64,000 nt of DNA, taken from contig NW_027192205.1 of NCBI RefSeq assembly GCF_041956535.1, forward strand, positions 193,785 through 257,784, written 5' to 3'. Positions 30,384 through 42,269 of this stretch are shown piece after piece; position 1 is the stretch's first letter, and the number at the start of each line of letters is the position of its first letter. The translations under genes were made by a program, and so were the position numbers. A model generated the notes under the pieces. It had not been told where the DNA came from. It did not search any database and saw only the letters and a program-made list of their open reading frames with translations. Source of the stretch: Calcarisporiella thermophila CBS 279.70 (lineage: Eukaryota; Fungi; Calcarisporiellomycota).

Positions 30384-31524
30384 TCTGACATGGACTTATG
30401 TTCAACTATGATTTCTATTTCATCAAGAGGAGCTAGGAGATGTTTACATTTTTTTTATCGTCCCCCTTCCCACTTTTCCTTTTGCTAACGGTCTCACTAC
30501 AGCCACTTCTAATAAATTCCTTTGTCATTGTTTTATTTCTTTCGAGGTAAATATATATATATATATTTATATACATAAATTATATATTTTCCATATTTAT
30601 TTGTCTCAGCTACTATGAAGTTTATGTAGCCCGGAATCATATCTTATCAACTCAAGTGTGTATTTATGCCAATAGGTCTGAATAGGAAACTAGGTCATAC
30701 CTGATATAAGTTAGCAGAGGTCATCTTGAGCAATTGGCTCCTTTGACTAGAAGGGTAGGCTAGCTCTAAACCAGGGGAACTCGCCGGGTGTGACAATGCT
30801 GTCAAATGCAGCGCATGGACTTGCCTTACATTACACTAGCTAACATCTCGCGACTTTGTATCCTATACTTTAAATTTTATCTCTATATAGGTGAGTGAGA
30901 ACCTTAAATGTATATTGATAGCCTCAGCGTTCCGATATAACCCAGTATATACAACAGATGAACTCTAGATCAAACTATGTCCATGACTTTCTATTCGTTG
31001 TCATGAGAGCGACGTGCTTCTTTTCTTATTTTGCTTATGTTTGTCATTATCATGGTGATAATCTTGCCCTTCTCTTTCACTAATAGAACTTCATAGAAAG
31101 GCTGCCTTGAGCTAAATTCAACTTCAAGACAGGACTCCGGAGTTTGCCCATTTTGCCTATCCATCTGCAGAAGAAGGCTTTCTTGTCGAGGCGAGTTTTT
31201 CTTAACTCGATTCTTTTTGTATGAATAGACTACAGCCGTCTACTATTCCGTGTGGATGCCACCCGTTGCTTGCCGAAGATTAACTGTTGTCACCAAATGT
31301 TCTACTTAGAATAACTTTGTATACATGTTCAATAGCTCTAGCCACTAGAGAGAATTACTTCATTCTGTTCCACCCTCCCTCACCGACCAAATCAATTCCG
31401 ATTCAGAGGCCATGCAAAAAAAAAAGTGGCTTATCCAATAATTCAGCACGACTATGTGACTCGCGTTTTGTTTTCTCCCTGTCACTAAACCGCTTCGACC
31501 CAATACCTTAACTAATTAATCAGC

Positions 31525-33024
31525 ATGCCACTAGGCGGATTACCACAGTTACCTGTACAAGATACTCCCATCACAGATGCTACACTTCCAACTTCCTCTC
31601 AGTCGCCGCCATCCAACAATGGTGGACTCTTTTCATCCATAACCTCAAATCCATACTTCTCTGCTGGCTTCGGGCTTATTGGTGTGGGCGCGGGTCTCGC
31701 TGTTCTCCGCCAGGGAATTAACCGTGGAGCCTCCCTTATCCAACGCCAACTTCTTGTTACACTCGAGATTCCCTCGCGCGACAAGTCCTATTTATGGTTC
31801 CTGAACTGGATGTCAAGTTTGCCGAAGAATCGAGCTCGACAACTAGCCGTTCAGACGAATTTTAAACAACACGATAATGGAAGCATATCGACGCAGTTTT
31901 CGTTGGTGCCCGGCCCAGGGAAGCACTGGTTTCGATATCGTGGCAGATGGTTACAGGTAGATCGATCCTATCCTGATTCTAATCACGTCTCCGAAACCTC
32001 CTAATTTTCCATTCGAAATATGATAGGTTGAGAGACAACGTGATGGAAAAATGATGGACCTCACGACAGGAGCTCCCTTTGAGACGGTCACCTTAACGAC
32101 CTTGTGGCGGGATCGCGACGTATTCGACGAACTTCTTACGGAGGCCAAGGAATTTGCCCTACGCCAGCAAGAGGGGAAAACGGTCATCTATACATCATGG
32201 GGCCCAGAATGGCGGCCATTTGGTCTCCCCAGGCGGAGAAGACAGTTGGAGTCGGTGATCTTGGACAGGGGAATTAAAGAGAGAATTGTAAGGGATGTGC
32301 GGCGGTTTTTACAGAACGGCAAGTGGTACAATGATCGCGGTAAGTATTCTACTTTGACATGGTTTAGTGAATTGTCAACATTTTGCTCATTTTCTTGGTG
32401 ATTATTCATGTGAATACACCAGGCATTCCATACAGACGAGGCTATTTACTTTACGGCCCACCCGGCAGCGGTAAATCGTCCTTCATCCAGGCGCTTGCGG
32501 GCGAGCTCGAGTATAATATATGCCTTCTAAATCTATCGGAGCGTGGACTCACAGACGATCGACTCAACCATCTTTTGGCCGTTGTTCCTGAGCGCAGCAT
32601 CCTTCTTCTTGAGGATGTGGATGCTGCATTCCACAAGCGCTCGTCTACAGCAGTTGCAGCCTCCGAGGAGGGCCCCTATCGGGGCTCATTGGTCACCTTT
32701 TCGGGGTTGTTGAATGCACTGGATGGTGTAGCGTCCAGTGAAGAACGAATTATCTTTATGACAACCAACCATATAGAGAAGTTGGATGCAGCACTGATCC
32801 GGCCGGGTCGTGTGGATGTTAAGGAATACTTAGGGAATGCAAGTAAGGAGCAGATGCAAAGCATCTTCCTAAGATTCTATGGGGGAGAGCACAAGTTGGC
32901 GGAGCAATTCGTGGACAGAATTGGGGAGAGACAGGTTAGTTGTGCGGCACTTCAAGGACATTTCGTGGAGTATATGGATGAGCCCCAGCTTGCAGTTGAA
33001 AATGTGGATAGGCTGTTTAGATAG
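31525..33024 (+). CDS. BCS1: Mitochondrial AAA chaperone Bcs1 (3 exons)
   Basis: [78 protein letters not shown]. Confidence 0.96.
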
Positions 33025-33852
33025 TTTGACATTTAATGATTGAAAATAGAGATGCATAATACTATTATACAATAGACTTTTTTTTATTTGCCGCAACAGG
33101 AGCACAGATTTTCTCTTGTTCATGTATTCCAGACTTGGTTCGTAAGCCTGTATTCCTTTTTGCGAATAAGTTATATTTTAGAAACCTCTTTACCATGTTG
33201 ATGTTCATTCCCTCTTTGACCGGAAAATCGCCAAAATTTGGCGCCATACTCTAGCAAAGCGAGAATGAATTATACATATTAAAAAGTATTCAAGGGTGTA
33301 TCCGCGATTCAATCACAATTCAACGCTAAACTAGCTATTTTATTCAAATTTGGCTGCTGTCGTCTAGTACTGAAAAAAATGTACGAGAAAAACAATATTT
33401 CTAGTCTGAATCAATGCAATGACTAATGCTGCATATCCCTTTTTTCTATATTTTTCTAAATGGAGTTGGAAACAGAAACATTTCCTCAGAAAATCTTTAG
33501 GAAAAAGAGAGGAAGTGGAGTCCTATATCAAGCTCCTCCGTGTGCTTTGCAAGTATGGTGGGCAGTTAGTATCCTAGACGCATGAGAGCTTATAACGGCG
33601 ATTTTTACCGTGGCCCGTATTTTATTGCACCACTGAGTTCACAGCCCATGCATTTTGCACTCTCCTCAAACGAAGGGCTGGCAAGGAATATTTATTTTCC
33701 TAGTTGGATTCTGTTTTTCCCGATGTAGCATACATGACTTATGGTGCGATTTCCTAAATAAGGGGGTTGTTTAGTGGCTTTTATTGTTCTCAAGACTTCT
33801 TGTCTAGACTATCCTCTCTTCTTTTTCGCATTATTGAGGGGCATCCATCGCC

Positions 33853-34516
33853 ATGGCTCTTAAGAGAATACAAAAGGTAGTTTGAGCATGACCATAAATC
33901 ACCCAGCCCGTACATCCGCTAATTATTGATGGTTTGACTAGGAATTACTCGAGTTAAATAAGGAGAAGTTACAAGGAATTAGCGTTGGTCCCGTTAGTGA
34001 GAGTGATCTTTTCCACTGGCAGGGCGCCATCCAAGGACCAGTAAGCATTCCCTTCTCATGATTTACCCTCGCTATCCACTAACGGGCATTTTTACTTATT
34101 TCTATCTAGCCTAAATCGGTCTTCAAAGGTGGTATTTTCCAAATCGACATCACATTTCCCTCTGAGTATCCATTCCGCCCCCCTACTATCGTGTTCAAAA
34201 CCCGCATATACCATCCCAATATTGATGCCGACGGGAGCATTTGCCTGCAGATCTTGAAATCGGATGTCTGGAAGCCTGCCACTAGAATCACGCACGTACT
34301 ACTTGCATTGGTCGATTTACTGGAGCACCCCAACCCCGATGATGCATTGGTGGCAAGCATTGCGGAAGTATATAGAGGCAATCCAGACAGGTACGCCAAA
34401 ACCGCTAAGGAATATGTGAAGAAGGTGAGAAACTTGCTAAGGAGTAGTGATTGAGAGAGGGATTTGTCCGCCCTAACGTATTTTCCTTCTATATTGGATA
34501 GTATGCGAGCGGCTGA
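33853..34516 (+). CDS. Ubiquitin-conjugating enzyme E2, UBC4/UBE2D/UBE2L3-like (4 exons)
   Basis: MALKRIQK|EL..., FHWQGAIQGP, EYPFRPP, TRIYHPNI..GSIC (catalytic Cys), WKPA, PNPDDAL. Confidence 0.9.
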
Positions 34517-34956
34517 GGTTATTTCTTGCTTTATATTTATTTTGTTGATTTCTTTGTACAGAAGCACAAGTATATTATACAAGAATACAATATTAATATT
34601 ATTCCATCATTTACGGTGATTGCACCCGATATAACGGTCAGCAGAGAGGAGGGAGGTAGGATAAAAGGAGATGAAATAGATAAAATGGGTGGTGGTGGTG
34701 ACAAGTAGAAAAATTAATGTGCTGCTTCTTCAAGTAATAAGGTATACATGGGGCCATATTAAAAAAATCTTATTCAAAAGCGAACAAGGGGTTCTTTGAA
34801 GAGTATTATTCTATAGTGTAGCATGGGAGAACATAAAATAATAATACAAGCATGCGTAAAAGCAAAGCAAAGCGAATCGAGGTGAAATATTGGGTGGGCC
34901 GATAGGCTCGTCCTTTAAGAGATAAGCAATATATATAGATAGGGATTGAGCATGTT

Positions 34957-36012
34957 TTAATACGCAGCAATGGGGGCCTGTCTCTCGAAGAGATCTGACA
35001 GCCGTCTCCGACTTGCATAGAGCCGCCGTGCTGCCCGTGCTGCCCTCGCGACCTGCTCTTGTGCGCGAGCCATACGCTCCCGCACAACGTGCAGTCGCTC
35101 CTCTTCGGCAATCCACCGCTCTACACGCGATGGGGAGCGCACCACTTGTGGACGCACATCTTTCATTGGCTCAATCAATGCATCGTCATCATCGCTCTCC
35201 ACATCATTTTGCGCAAGTCTTGCTGCAGCAGTTTTCGCGGTTCGGGCAATGCCCTTGGAGAAAGAGAGGAGCGATGCGGGAGTAATGTAGGGTAGTGGCG
35301 CCCCTTTTCGAACCGCGCCCCATCCAACTGCTCCTTGCAAAAGGGCCTCCCGCTCTCTTCTCTCGCGGGCAAGTCGAATCTGCAGCTTTACGATTTTGTA
35401 GAACCAGTGGATGTGCAATGGGAAGAAGAATGCAGATATCTTCCATACGGCCCTGACCGGAAGAGATGAGTAGAACGCGTGGGTCATGCAGAGATGGAAG
35501 ACAATTCGGGTGACGAAAAATAGTGCGGCAAAGAGGGTATCGTTACGAAGGCGCTTGTCCAGATGACCCACCGCGAGAAGTATGGTCGGCATCTCGAGAA
35601 TGGTCATCAGGCAGAACAGAGGGCTATGGGCATTGTGCAGCACCCACAGAAGCACACAGCCATAGGAGAGATGGTGGAACCATCCCGTCACGAGCGTGAT
35701 GGCCGTGCGATAGTGGATGCAGCCTAGGATCAAATCCAGCGCCAAGTAACTCTCAAAGAATGCGACGAGCCCTCTAGCAAAGGGTGAATCGGCCGGCAGA
35801 TGAGTCACATCAAGGCGGGCAGCAATGAGGGCATATAGGAATGGAAGGGAGCCGATGGACATGACAAGGCTGGAGATAAGCGTAAGAATCCAGGCTTGTT
35901 GTTTGGAGGGGATGAATGGGCGGGCGAGATAGAAGGTGGTGGTCTGAAGAAGTGCTCCGCCAAAGAACGAGGCGAGCACGGCGGGCTCGGTGAGAGTGTG
36001 TAAGAGAGTCAT
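34957..36012 (-). CDS. TLC (TRAM/LAG1/CLN8) domain membrane protein, intronless
   Basis: Multiple TM helices; YLALDLILG..Y, GWFHH, LEMPT, FFVTRI, HIHWF; first plausible ATG at 36012. Confidence 0.8.
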   Translation of the reverse strand: MTLLHTLTEPAVLASFFGGALLQTTTFYLARPFIPSKQQAWILTLISSLVMSIGSLPFLYALIAARLDVTHLPADSPFARGLVAFFESYLALDLILGCIHYRTAITLVTGWFHHLSYGCVLLWVLHNAHSPLFCLMTILEMPTILLAVGHLDKRLRNDTLFAALFFVTRIVFHLCMTHAFYSSLPVRAVWKISAFFFPLHIHWFYKIVKLQIRLARERREREALLQGAVGWGAVRKGAPLPYITPASLLSFSKGIARTAKTAAARLAQNDVESDDDDALIEPMKDVRPQVVRSPSRVERWIAEEERLHVVRERMARAQEQVARAARAARRLYASRRRLSDLFERQAPIAAY

Positions 36013-36492
36013 GATGGGGAAATTATCGACAGCTTCGGCGACTCGGTCACTCTCCGTTCTCCTCTCTTGGTCTGGCTGGCGGTACCCAAGAAAGAGAAGG
36101 AGAGGAAATAGAGAGATATGGGCCTTGTCTAAGCCAAGAGGGATTGTTTTCATTTTCCCCCAACAAATTAAATGTAATTCACTCCAAGCAATCAGAACAC
36201 GGAATGTAACAATGCTGCCAAAAGCATCGTGTTGATTTGCACCCTGTTGGTCAAAACCTATTAGATTAGGCAGGAACAGCATTGGAGACAGGCGCGTTAG
36301 GGTCGGATAGCACGTGAATTTCAAACCTGTGGAAATGCCGGGTTTGATAGGAGACCCCCATTCCTATTTGAATTAGGATTTTCGATTCTCTTGTTTTTCA
36401 ATCTTTATTGTTTTGGAGACCTATAGATACAGACAGCTAGAAGATGAAATGGGTGAGGGGTATTAATAGTACAGGGAGCTTCGCTCATTGGC

Positions 36493-38054
36493 TCAGTTGT
36501 ATTTATCGCACCAGTTGTCAATCGGAAGACATGCCAAATATTTACACTACCAAAAAGTTTAACTATTATTAGCTCAAATGTCCTAATTAAAGGAACCTTA
36601 AATCGACTTACCCAAGGGCATGCCTCCATAGGGTTGTTCTGTCAAGAAGAAGGGGACAAAGCAAAAGGGGAGGGGTTAGTCGATTAATTCCACCACATCT
36701 CAAGTTTGTAATTCATACCCGATAGAAGTTGAGGATGAGGCCTGTGAACAGTAGGACAAGCAACACTAGCGCAATCACGCGAGTTATCCACAGAATAATG
36801 GCGCGAGCCCTTTTTCCGAAATGGCTTGCCGGCATGAAGGCCGCGCCCGCCAACAGTCCAAACACGAACCCTCCGATGTGACTGAAGTTGTCGAGGAAAG
36901 GGAGCAGACCCAGCACAAAAGAAATGGCAAGGAAAATGATCATTTTCGCAAGCTCCCAGCCTGGCCGGTAAGTTTGGCGCCAATTCAAGAAAATATCAAT
37001 GATGAGGCATCCGAACACGCCGAAAAGGGCCCCAGACGCTCCCACCGATGCTAGTGTCAATTTCAAAATCCTTACATTACTACCACCCCTAAGATCCACC
37101 GAATCCCACAGATTACTTACAGCTTCTGACCGGTGAAAAGTTCCCTCCGAATATAAATCCTCCTACCCCGCTTATGACATAGATCAGTGCATAGCGAAAT
37201 GGCCCAATGTCGCGCTCTAGTTGTGCTCCAATCGAGAGCTGTGCAAACATATTAAACAAAAAGTGAATAATGCCTCCGTGAAGGAAGAGGGGAGTGATGA
37301 ACCGGAAGTTTTGATCAGGTTGTCCGCTCTTAAACCCTCCAAACCCGCATGCTTGCTCCAATGTGCATACTGGCGCGCCCGGCACGGTGGGATCCACCGT
37401 GCTTGGACATGGCATCGCTTGCAGACTCTGGTCCGCGAAAGGCCTCATACAAGGCACGAATCGAGAGCCCACAAATACAAGCGTTTCAGCACTGGGGCCA
37501 ATCATAAAATTGAGTCGAGGTGTCTGAATCACCTGGCCCGTTTGTTTGTTGTAGACAACAAATTCTGTTATAAGTGCGGCGAGCTGAAGAAGCGTTACAA
37601 GGTACGTGAAGTATGGGATCCATTTGCGCTTTGTAATAGAAACCGGTGGCTCAACCACTATTAATGGCTCCATTTTTGGTGTAGGTGCACCGTATGTATT
37701 TCCCGGGAGATGGCTCTCTCGATTTTGCACATTTGAGAATGATTGATCCCCTTGAGAATAATAAGGTTGATTATAATCGGGTGAGTATTGCTCCATGGCG
37801 CCCATGTGGTTATAGTGATAATCCTGAAGCAGATTGGCTTTCGAGTGTCTTTTCTCCGAAGGGAAAATCTCATTTGATCTACTTCCTTCACCAGCATAAT
37901 AGGATGACGGGTCGCGTTGTAGCTGGTCATTTTCACTGCGCGTGTCTGGACTATTTAGGGGCGGTCCAGAGGAGGAGCCAAAATGGTGTTCATTTTGGTA
38001 AAAGTTTGTAGTGGTATTATAGTCACCCTGTGTGTGAGGAGGATACTGATTCAT
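36493..38054 (-). CDS. Rhomboid intramembrane serine protease (4 exons)
   Basis: PDQNFRFITPLFLHGGIIH..FN, catalytic SVGASG and SHIGG; spliced tail NNPMEACPW|CKYLACLPIDNWCDKYN*. Confidence 0.9.
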
Positions 38055-38277
38055 ATTGTGTGAAAGAGCTCAAATCGCTGTAAACTAGAGGAGACATAGA
38101 AGTAAAAAATACTGGCTTGATAAAAATAAAATTGTATAAGCCTCCTATAACTTTACCAGGTGTTCCGCCTTTTCGATGTTCTCGAAAAAACAAATTCCTG
38201 TGGCGTTTTTTGGAGGTGATGAGCCACAAAAATGAAAAAAGAGTCACATTTATATAGCGTTTAGTTAAAATATTTGA

Positions 38278-39543
38278 ATGTTCAAAATGAATAGTAATTT
38301 AAACAAGCGGGCTCGCACTGATCTCTACCTGCTCTCCTCTAAAAACCTTACCACTGATCCCCTTATATCATATGGCTTTCGAAGTCGTCGACGCACATCC
38401 GCATTAACTTCTTGTTCCGCCAATACCTCATCCAATGCTGACAAAAGTTTGAATCAAGGGGCAGATGATGTAGAATTAGTCTCTGTCATTCGAAATCTCC
38501 AATCCAAATCAATAGGTAAATTAAAAGATCGGAATGCTCTAGCTGCATTTAGTGTCAAAATTTGTATGCTACATCAGCTTTATGGGCTCGTTCCGGATAA
38601 CACCGCAGTGGATCGCAATATAGTATGTTTAATCAAAATCTAAAAGGTGATCCGTAGTAGCTAAGCTAATGGCCAATTTTGAAACTTTTTTAGGACCGTC
38701 TGATTAAGAATAAAAAACTACGCAAATTCCGTCTCGGCGGAAGTATAGAGGATGAATTTGTTGTGATGTTTTTGAGTGATTATTTGCATCAGATACAGGA
38801 AGCAAAGAAAGAATTTATTAAAGATGGTGAATATGAGGAGCATTTACGGAAGGTGGATGTGGGCTTATTTGGTAGTAGATAGATGATCCAACTGTTTATC
38901 GGAGTTTTGCTAGCTAATGCTCTATATATTAATGTTTAGATCGATTCCACAAGTTGGTTGCTGAAGGATCTTATACAGACGTCACCATTGCAAAAACATC
39001 GTTGCAAAAAGAAATGCAAATTACGGATGAAGAAATCAAGTAGGCTCAATTTCATATTTGCCAATTATTACTAAATTTCTGACATCAAATATATTTGATT
39101 AGGGTTCTGATCCAATATGGACTCCTTGTCCTCTCTTCTCCCTTTAGCTATGGATTCTCGGTTCGTGGTGCAGGATTGTTTATGTCTAATTTTCTCAAAG
39201 GAAGGGTTGAAATATTACGAATGCTAAAAAGAAGGCAATACAAGGAAATATTGCAAAAGGTATACTCATTACTTTTTCCCCATTAAATGCTACTGTATAC
39301 TAAATCATTTATGCATTAGCAATTCGAGGAGAAGAAAATAAGAGCATCAGTGTTCAGTCATGAATTTCATCTATTAGACTTGATTGGAAGCGGACGTGTT
39401 GAGATGTAAGTCTATAATACTTTCATTTCTCTCTCACATGCTCACCTACTTTGATTAGTATTGATACAACCATGGGAAAGCTTATACGGCTCACTCGGAA
39501 GGGTGAATCAACTATCCAAGGGTTAAAACCGGGCAGAATTTGA
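38278..39543 (+). CDS. STK19: STK19-like winged-helix protein (multi-exon)
   Basis: CMLHQLYGLVPDNTAVDR, LIQYGLL, YGFSVRGAGLFMSNFLKGRVEILRMLKRRQYKE, FHLLDLIGSG.VE..DTTMG.LIRLT. Confidence 0.8.
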
Positions 39544-39610
39544 TGTTTTGTAGTTTGGCTCGCAAAGTAAAACCAAATGCATCATGGATCGTACGCATCC
39601 TCTCGTAGAT

Positions 39611-39826
39611 CTAATAAGGCACTGCTGCGCTCTCTTCTTTATGCTTTAATCTTTTTCTTCTCTCTGGCTCTCTTTTACTTGCGCGTATCCTCGCCCTTCG
39701 CTCATCCTCGTTCTTTACACCGTTCGGTATATTGTTCCAACGTGTACGTGTTGGCTTGAGCGGCTTTGGATCGTAATGAATGTTCCGGAGATGTCTTTTC
39801 AGATGACTTTTGACATTGGGTGAATT
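39611..39826 (-). pseudogene. Relic of a C2H2 zinc-finger plus basic-region gene
   Basis: TTC ACC CAA [TGTC] AAA AGT CAT CTG AAA AGA CAT reads FTQ/KSHLKRHLRNIHYDPKP with a 4-nt frameshift, followed by an R/K/E-rich helix; no upstream Cys pair or start codon. Confidence 0.4.
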
Positions 39827-39957
39827 GAATTAGTGGCTACTGACAGGACTGCTCACTATTTAAAAAGGAATTTTGAAATTGACTCAAAGCACAATAGCGA
39901 CTATACATATAGGATCCATCAACTTTCATAATTTTTTAATGATTAATTCTATATGTA

Positions 39958-40252
39958 CCCGGAGATAACTATAATTACTGCTAAGTGTGTTAATTATTCT
40001 GTTTAACTTCAAGTCACAAATTTACCCTAGTCGAAATTAATGGAAATATATGTATTATTATTGATAATAAATGAATAAAAATAAAAAAATGCAGCAGATA
40101 TTATTGATACGCATCTCTTGCTACCAGGTACAGTTTTTTTGGTCGATTTATTGACAGTTAATAATACATGGAGTGTGTCTTTAAAAATTTGACGATTAAT
40201 TATTCAAGAAATTAATTAACCAACTTAGCAGTAATTAATAGTTATACCTGTG
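39958..40252. mobile_element. MITE of about 295 bp, Tc1/mariner-type (TA target duplication)
   Basis: Imperfect TIR of about 45 bp: CCCGGAGATAACTATAATTACTGCTAAGTGTGTTAATTA versus reverse complement CACAGGTATAACTATTAATTACTGCTAAGTTGGTTAATTA; TA at 39956-57 and 40253-54; AT-rich non-coding interior. Confidence 0.7.
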
Positions 40253-40652
40253 TACAATTAGTATTACCTTTTTTTATTTGGTGCCTAAAATTTGGTAGAA
40301 TTTGAGGTAGAAAGTGTGATTCGTGGCTTATAAATTTTTAAAGGGGAATTAATAAGTTGCAGATACATCTGAAATGTATATTCATTCGTTTTTAAATCTA
40401 TTTAGCCTGATCGATTCAGGAAAAATGGTAAGACTCTCTCAATAACCTTTTTTTCTACCACAATCTTATCGCCTTTAAATATCTGGACAGATAGGTTACT
40501 GAGAGAGTTTATCAAAGGACTAAAACTCCCAAGTTTAAAAACAAATTTCAATTCGAATAGCTGCGATTTTTCCAAGTAAAAAAATTATGAGAGCGCATAG
40601 TTCCTCTCGACTCTCAAGATGGCTATGAGACAATCAACTCCTCTCAAAGTAG

Positions 40653-41723
40653 ACTAACTTTGACGAATATAAAATATGGGGAACATTAAGTGATGCAGAT
40701 ATCACTACTTTTTCACACAAGCTGGCGAAGTTAAGAACACATGACACTGCTGCCAATCTACAGTTTAATTATGAGTCGATGTGTACTCTAGAAGAAACAC
40801 CTGAACACATGGCATTTCAAGAAGGTTATCTTCCTGTTGAATGAGGCCAAGTGAATGTCCCAAGTGAAAATTATATCAAATCTCTGGTTAAGTTATCGAA
40901 ATGGGCTTCAAATAAGTTGGGCTTGGCACGTCTTCATCGAGCTACGCTTAAAACAGGCGGACACCGAGCACTTCGCGAGGCTTTGATTAATGCACTGTTG
41001 AATTCAGATGAACTGCAACTTGTTAAAGCTCCTTTGTGGAGCGGTGTAAGTTGCAGGACCGGAGCGACATGTCACTGGCAGTGGCTCGTCGGAGCAGGTG
41101 TCAAGAAGTGGCGTCTACTACGATCAGAAGAAAATTCGGCGATGGCGACGGACAATAATTTGTGGATACCAATTAAGGTTGAAGTAATCGATGATGCATT
41201 CATCTTCGGGCCTGGTGGTGATTATTCCATGCGGATCGAGAGAAGCCCAATACATCAATCTGCGCTTGATTCTGCAAGCGGTTTAATCATGAGATGGAAT
41301 GATTTTACACCCCCCGCTGCACAAAACACCGGATATGTGGCAAGACTTGGGCCGCAAGCATTCTTGCGTATGGCTGTATCTGCTGAATATGCGAGCACGA
41401 CATACTGGGCTCAGCCCCACCTTATGACAATGGTACTTGGAGAGCAATGTGGCCATGATAATTCAGCACAAACAGTGCCTAATTGGTGCACCGTCGTACG
41501 TCCCGAGCAACTTATGCGGGGCGGTTGTCGTTCTCCTAGCGTGGTGTTGGCACATGATAATCCCGTTGGGCACATGCAGGCGGCCATCATGGCTGCTGCA
41601 CTGCATTCAGCGTCATACCACATGCATTTTAGTGAATGCGTGAAGTGTGCGGCCTTTCGAGCACACAGATGGGGTATACGCATTATCGTTGATCCTGCCG
41701 GGGACAGAGTTCTAAAAGGGTAG
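40653..41723 (+). pseudogene. Intronless orphan reading frame of about 356 codons interrupted by one in-frame TGA (40842-44)
   Basis: The 290-aa ORF starts at GTG, but the frame stays open for another 63 codons upstream of the TGA; C-terminal ECVKC motif; decayed 5' region. Confidence 0.55.
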
Positions 41724-42269
41724 AGGCATGATTAGCAAGTGAGTTTGAATATTAGAAGGTTCAAGAGTGAGTAGTGCTGCTAACCATGAGCTGCTACCCT
41801 CGTGATGTTTTAGAGGTAGACTCTAAAATATGGAGCAGCTAATATGTTAGATCGAGTTTGGGCTGCTTCATCCAAAAAAGAGAAAGAAAAGTTTCGGCGA
41901 CAGATGTTTTAGAGCAACTACAAGAGATAGTGAAATATTCCACTTAACATGAGGACAATGGGATGGGTTTTCGCAGGGTTGTAAGTTTTCAAAAACTGAG
42001 GTAAAGTATGGAACGGCTAAGCATATGATTTAGCTTTGATCAATGCTGTTTTATAGTTGGATATTTCATGTGTCGCGCACAACGCTATACCGCTCATTAT
42101 ATTAATAGAATAAATGCACCTTGCTCTTCTATTTCCAAATGACTTTGTTTTGAACGTCTATTAAGGAGGAAAGTTTTGACAAGTAGGACATCATATGGAA
42201 TAAGGATAATTTAGCATTTCTCAAGACGAACAGAAAAAGAGTTATTAAACCAATCAGTTTTCACTAGTA

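Noticed and set aside
33065-33247. 60-aa minus-strand ORF downstream of BCS1
   Set aside because: No recognisable motif or splice support
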